Source: Rhodocyclaceae bacterium (GTDB taxonomy: Bacteria; Pseudomonadota; Gammaproteobacteria; Burkholderiales; CAIKXV01). From it: a stretch of 64,000 nucleotides of DNA. The DNA lies in NCBI GenBank assembly GCA_020248265.1, contig JADCHX010000012.1:20378-84377 (forward strand), read 5' to 3'. The translations under genes were made by a program, and so were the position numbers. Shown here in pieces: positions 62,242 to 64,000 of the stretch (position 1 is the stretch's first letter; each line of letters starts with the position of its first letter). The notes beneath the pieces are model-generated. The model was not told the origin of the DNA. It saw only the letters and a program-made list of their open reading frames with translations, and made no database searches.

Positions 62242-63011
62242 AAGGCCTGGATGTCTTTCGGAGCTGGTTCGCCGCGCATGGGGATGAGTTCGTCCTGATC
62301 GGCGGTACGGCCGCAACCCTCGCCCTAGAAGAGGCGGGGCTTGAGTTCCGCGCCACGAAGGATCTCGACATCGTGCTGCATGTGGAGGCTCTGACCCCGC
62401 GCTTTGGCGAGGTGTTCTGGAGGTTCATCGATGCGGGTGGCTACGAGATCCGCCAGGCCGCCGACACGGGCAGGCCGGTCTTCTATCGATTCCAGAAGCC
62501 GGGCAACCCGAGCTTTCCGGCGATGCTGGAACTGTTCAGCCGCGCGCCCGAAGGCCTCACGCTTGCGCAGGGCAGTCACCTGACCCCCATCCCGATCGAT
62601 GAGGCGGTGGAAAGCCTTTCGGCGATCCTTCTTGACGAGGACTACTACGACTTCATCCTGACCGGCAGGCGCGATCTCGATGGTCTGCCTTGGGTGGGCG
62701 AGGATCGGTTGATCCCGCTGAAGGCGAGCGCCTGGCTGGATCTTGGGCAGCGCCTCGCCCGCGGCGAGCAGGTGGATTCGCGCAATGTGCGCAAGCACGC
62801 GAACGACATCCTTCGACTGTCCCAACTGCTCGCACCCGAGGTTCGGGTGCCGCTGGTGCCCAGGATCGCCCAGGACTTGAGCCGCTTCCTCGATGCCATC
62901 GAGACCGATCCGTCGATTACGCCGGCGAGCGTAGGCGTGCGCGGTTCCCTGAAGGACGTGATCGGCCGGATCGCGCTGGCCTACTTGCTCGATCGGGGCG
63001 CTCAGCCATGA
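62235..63011 (+). CDS. Nucleotidyltransferase-fold protein, AbiEii-like toxin candidate
   Basis: Minimal NTase signature LIGGTAATLALEEAGLEFRATKDLDIVL (GG...DxD) and a later K...A...R...KHANDILRL block resembling AbiEii motif III. The start is GTG 62235 or GTG 62238. Confidence 0.6.
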   Translation: MVKGLDVFRSWFAAHGDEFVLIGGTAATLALEEAGLEFRATKDLDIVLHVEALTPRFGEVFWRFIDAGGYEIRQAADTGRPVFYRFQKPGNPSFPAMLELFSRAPEGLTLAQGSHLTPIPIDEAVESLSAILLDEDYYDFILTGRRDLDGLPWVGEDRLIPLKASAWLDLGQRLARGEQVDSRNVRKHANDILRLSQLLAPEVRVPLVPRIAQDLSRFLDAIETDPSITPASVGVRGSLKDVIGRIALAYLLDRGAQP

Positions 63012-63034
63012 CGCGGACGGTCAAGGTCGGCTGT

Positions 63035-63266
63035 TGACGGTAGAAAAAGCGCGTGAAAATCACGTTCAGACAAGCACTTAGATTGCTCGATGACGGTACG
63101 ACGAAAGCTGGTCGGAGGCTCGAAAGAGCAGGGTGGATGCTGTGCTTCGATGACCTCGCAAGGCCTGATAGTCCTCGATAGATCCCGAAAGGTGTATCCC
63201 GCGCCGATCGCCCGGAAACCCGCGCCAATGCTGAACCTCATCAAGATGACGGTATCTTTGACGGTA
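63035..63266 (+). repeat. Right cluster of TGACGGTA motifs
   Basis: TGACGGTA occurs at 63035, 63091, 63247 and 63259, all on the + strand. The last two are 12 bp apart, as are the two at 60934/60946. Confidence 0.8.
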
Positions 63267-63327
63267 TCCAGTAGCCTTCCGCCCAAGAACGCATGGCGCA
63301 ACAAGGACTTAGCGGCTCAATTGATGT

Positions 63328-63342
63328 TCGAGTGGGAGTAGG
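63328..63342 (+). repeat. Right direct repeat (vestigial guaA 3' end)
   Basis: TCGAGTGGGAGTAGG, preceded by codons reading ...FEWE-stop. Confidence 0.8.
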
Positions 63343-63458
63343 GGACATGTTCCCGGTGGCGACGGCTCCCGGGATACGAGTCTGGGCACCGAGCACGCGG
63401 TAACGTGCCGACACCGCAGTGACGCGCTCCTTCCGGAACAGGGTGTGGGAAATCGCAG

Positions 63459-63806
63459 ATGGGTGAAACGCTACTGAAGTTGGTCGTTGTCGGTTTCGGC
63501 ATCTGGTTTCTCGTGGGTCACGTGTCCGATGCCCTCACGCGAGGTTGCGCGCGCCTGCGCGGAACCAGGGAGTTCACCGTGGCGCAGCCATGGAGGTTCT
63601 CAGTCGCCCTGGGGCTGAACATTGCGTTCGGCCTCTTGCTGTTCAGCGTCCCCTTCTTCGCTGACGCCGTGGTTTGGGCCGTTCCGGGTTGGATCATGCA
63701 CCGTGCAACGACGGCAGGCCTTCCCTGGTTGGCGGTGATGGTCACCGTCACGGTGTATGTCGTCGCTGCCACGCGCATGCTTGTCTTCATGGCCACGCGG
63801 AAGTGA
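63459..63806 (+). CDS. Hypothetical small membrane protein
   Basis: 115 aa with 3-4 hydrophobic helices and no recognisable family. It overlaps a minus-strand partial ORF running in from the window edge, so the coding call is tentative. Confidence 0.35.
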   Translation: MGETLLKLVVVGFGIWFLVGHVSDALTRGCARLRGTREFTVAQPWRFSVALGLNIAFGLLLFSVPFFADAVVWAVPGWIMHRATTAGLPWLAVMVTVTVYVVAATRMLVFMATRK

Positions 63807-64000
63807 GCTCTCCGATGGCTCCGATCGTGTCAAACAGGCCGAAGATGTACTGCAGAGGAAGAAGCGCCGACCGAGCCGATATACTCGACAGCTTCATGCA
63901 CAGACATCCGGATACTCCCACCCCGATGAATGCACTGCCGCTTCTTGACATGCCCTGCCTGCCGAGCCGCCTCACCGCGCGGGCGAGGTTCTCGACGCGG

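Larger units (their letters stand above)
60753..63342. mobile_element. Integrase-less mini genomic island at the 3' end of guaA
   Basis: The 15-bp direct repeat TCGAGTGGGAGTAGG occurs at 60753-60767 (last codons and stop of guaA) and at 63328-63342 (a vestigial ...EWE-stop). GC content drops abruptly right after the left repeat. The interior is one two-gene module plus motif arrays. Confidence 0.7.

Noticed and set aside
63090-63341. 83-aa plus-strand ORF ending ...MFEWE
   Set aside because: Only its last codons derive from the duplicated guaA tail. The rest spans the right-hand motif array and has no coding signature.
63787-64000. Minus-strand reading frame entering from the window edge (…AFIGVGVSGCLCMKLSS…ELTSAWP-stop at 63787)
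   Set aside because: It is too short and truncated to assign. It overlaps the end of the 63459-63806 ORF, so I cannot tell which strand is coding. It is not called as a feature.

Overview
This is a high-GC, betaproteobacterium-like chromosomal window (taxonomy is inferred). It is mostly housekeeping and catabolic genes plus two small integrated elements. The backbone includes malQ, the rpoE-rseA-rseB-degP envelope-stress operon, the rimP-nusA-infB-rbfA-truB-rpsO-pnp block, dksA, smpB-ratA-rnfH, guaB-guaA, four orphan Bug/TctC solute-binding proteins each next to an enzyme gene, and a SucCD-like/acyl-CoA dehydrogenase/HpcH-aldolase/SDR cluster. The most interesting signal is on the minus strand at 7697-11943: a colinear selenocysteine cassette made of a client gene, selA, selB and tRNA-Sec (selC, absent from the ORF track). 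The ORF track truncates the first gene. Read by eye, it starts at ATG 11943 behind a strong Shine-Dalgarno and carries an in-frame TGA at 11899-11901, exactly where the first Cys of a glutaredoxin CxxC motif would sit (P-G-U-T-S-C). A hairpin 16 nt downstream has a GU-containing loop, consistent with a bacterial SECIS. The frame then continues into a DinB-fold domain. This is a candidate unannotated selenoprotein (Grx(Sec)-DinB fusion). The first mobile-DNA scar is a decayed ~4.3-kb island at tRNA-His, bounded by a 16-bp perfect repeat of the tRNA 3' end. It holds an AbiEii pseudogene, an integrase C-terminal stub, a Tat nitroreductase-like gene, a LysR stub and a truncated type IV coupling protein. 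The second is an integrase-less ~2.6-kb AT-rich mini-island at the 3' end of guaA, bounded by a 15-bp direct repeat. It carries an intact AbiE-like wHTH + nucleotidyltransferase pair and about ten copies of a TGACGGTA motif clustered just inside both ends. No CRISPR array or rRNA was seen. Many long ORFs in the track are antisense artefacts of high GC content.
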